Source: Raillietiella orientalis
Lineage: Eukaryota
NCBI GenBank assembly: GCA_036172245.1
Contig: JAYWIR010000022.1
Span: 868,001-932,000 of the forward strand
DNA length: 64,000 bases
Reading direction: 5' to 3'
The first letter of the stretch is position 1. Every line of letters begins with the position of its first letter. This document shows, in pieces, positions 62,293-64,000 of the stretch. The translations under genes were made by a program, and so were the position numbers. The notes below the pieces were generated by a model. It made no database searches. It was not told where the DNA came from and saw nothing but the letters and a program-made list of their open reading frames with translations.

Positions 62293-64000
62293 TGCAATAC
62301 TTCCTGGAGGCTAATGCAAGTCCACTTCTTTCGAGACTTGAGCAGGCCACCTACCAGAAGGATATTTTCTAAAAAGGATGATACTACCCTCTATTACATC
62401 TGTTTCTGCAAGAGCAGTTTATATAGAAAAACATCAACGCCGTAGAATGCAATTCTTCACAGTAGAGGGTGAGTTTACGAGATCTAATGCTGTCGACACT
62501 ATGAGACTCTGGTAAAACAACTCACTTCACCCATGACGGGTAGTAAACGCAAAATATTTCTTGGAAACGGTATATGTACTGGTCTGGAGGAGCACCTGTA
62601 TATAACCAGGGCCTTGCTACTATCTCAGAGTCATCGTGATATATCTATGAAGCAGGTCATGAAGGACCTTAAGTCCTACCCTCTTTCTTTCATCGGGATA
62701 CTCAGTTAATTCTTCCGTGTTGCATCTACTTTTAGTCCATTCAATTTCAAATGGAGGGCAACAGTTCCTACATCAAACTGGTCGACTATTTCTGCAGCTT
62801 CATTGTCAGTGAAACTGAAGCTGCGGGATTGCAAATACCCGGATCAATGATGCCAGAGTTTGCACTCCATCCGACGAAATATTCTCTCTTTGCGCTCTTC
62901 ACCCGGAAATCTTCTTTGTCCAATTCATAAATTCTCTCCACCTCAAATGGTGTATAATAAGTTGAAATAACATTTCCTGACATGACCTGTGTGCTCATCC
63001 GACTTTGAGCTAGTCCGTACAAACCACGTTCTCCATGGATGAACAGGAAACACAAAAGGCGCATCTGGAACATTTTCGGACTCTCCATGAGAGACATGTC
63101 ACATATTAGCCTGCACAATATCCCCTGACAATGGTATGATCCTCAGACACTTTCCAGATACTGATCTCAACCAATGGACTCTCCGATGCATCTTGAAAAT
63201 CATCAGGGAACTATTCCGGACTGTAAGGTGTGGTGAAGGTGCGTCCCTCGCGTTGTTTCGTCCCTGAAGCAACTAGAAAATTTAGAAGTTGTAGGGAAGG
63301 TCAGAGGCTGGTGGGTGTTTTCCGAATTCGGGAAAGGGCTATAATCTGTAAATAGGATGCTAAGGATCAAGAGATGAGGAATTCAAGAGTCAAAAGGTAA
63401 GATTTACGGATTTAAGGGAATAATTTTAGGCTGTTCTACATATTCAATGTTCCTTCAATGTCCGATGGTTGTTGACATAGCAAGTTGCTTCGCGTGATGA
63501 TGTTGAAGGAGTGAAAGTGCAACTGCGCAAGGAAATTCACAAATAGATTCCTCGATCACAGTCTGCTTGTTAAATTTTTGCTGTTCCTCCAAAAAATTTG
63601 TTGGTCCCTTCATTACCGACCTTATGCTCCTCACCTCTAGGAAAAGATCCATTAATGTCTGTTCTAGTTTTTCGACAATTTTTCCAGATCCTAAGTAGCA
63701 ACAGAATGCTGGCCATTTTTTCAACGACCTTGTTGCCTTCTCTTCTCATGGAGATACTCGTCAGGCTTTTTTCCTGGTGCTTTCCACTCCAGCGGTTGTT
63801 CCATTTCGGAGTGCTTACCTGTAGTTCCAATGCCAGCCTTCATTTTCTTCACTCGATTTCGTTAGCGCGTTCATCTGCAAGAGACAAATAAACATACATT
63901 GTAAGAACCTGAGTTTCCAATAGAATCTTACGGAGACTGCTACTGTCCGAGGTGCAGTTTTTCCAACATAGGAGATCTGGAGTGACAAGAGGGAAGAAGA

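Overview
Eukaryotic, intron-containing genomic DNA, most likely from a pancrustacean arthropod (insect-type UGT, pickel/Megatrachea claudin). No prokaryotic features, CRISPR array, rRNA or intact tRNA were seen. Six protein-coding genes were reconstructed by hand with GT-AG splice sites and continuous frames: a partial SLC26/prestin-like anion transporter (-, runs off the left edge), a UDP-glycosyltransferase (-), heparan-sulfate 6-O-sulfotransferase (-), pickel claudin (+), pICln (+) and importin alpha-3 (-). The window has a GC/CpG-rich left domain (~1-27 kb) and an AT-rich right domain (>~33.5 kb). Gene bodies in the right domain are strongly CpG-depleted and contain very short (42-49 nt) introns. 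Introns and intergenic DNA hold decayed LINE, Gypsy, hAT and possibly pogo and MULE remnants, nearly all on the minus strand. I cannot support a wholly new biological system. The best leads are an intronic inverted-repeat pair bracketing three SLC26 exons, a Gln-to-Val change in the SLC26 anion-binding motif, a CpG boundary inside Hs6st, and a stop-free 48-nt pICln intron that resembles a duplicated piece of exon. Most ORF-track entries in the GC-rich half are spurious. All homology calls come from motif recognition, not database searches.
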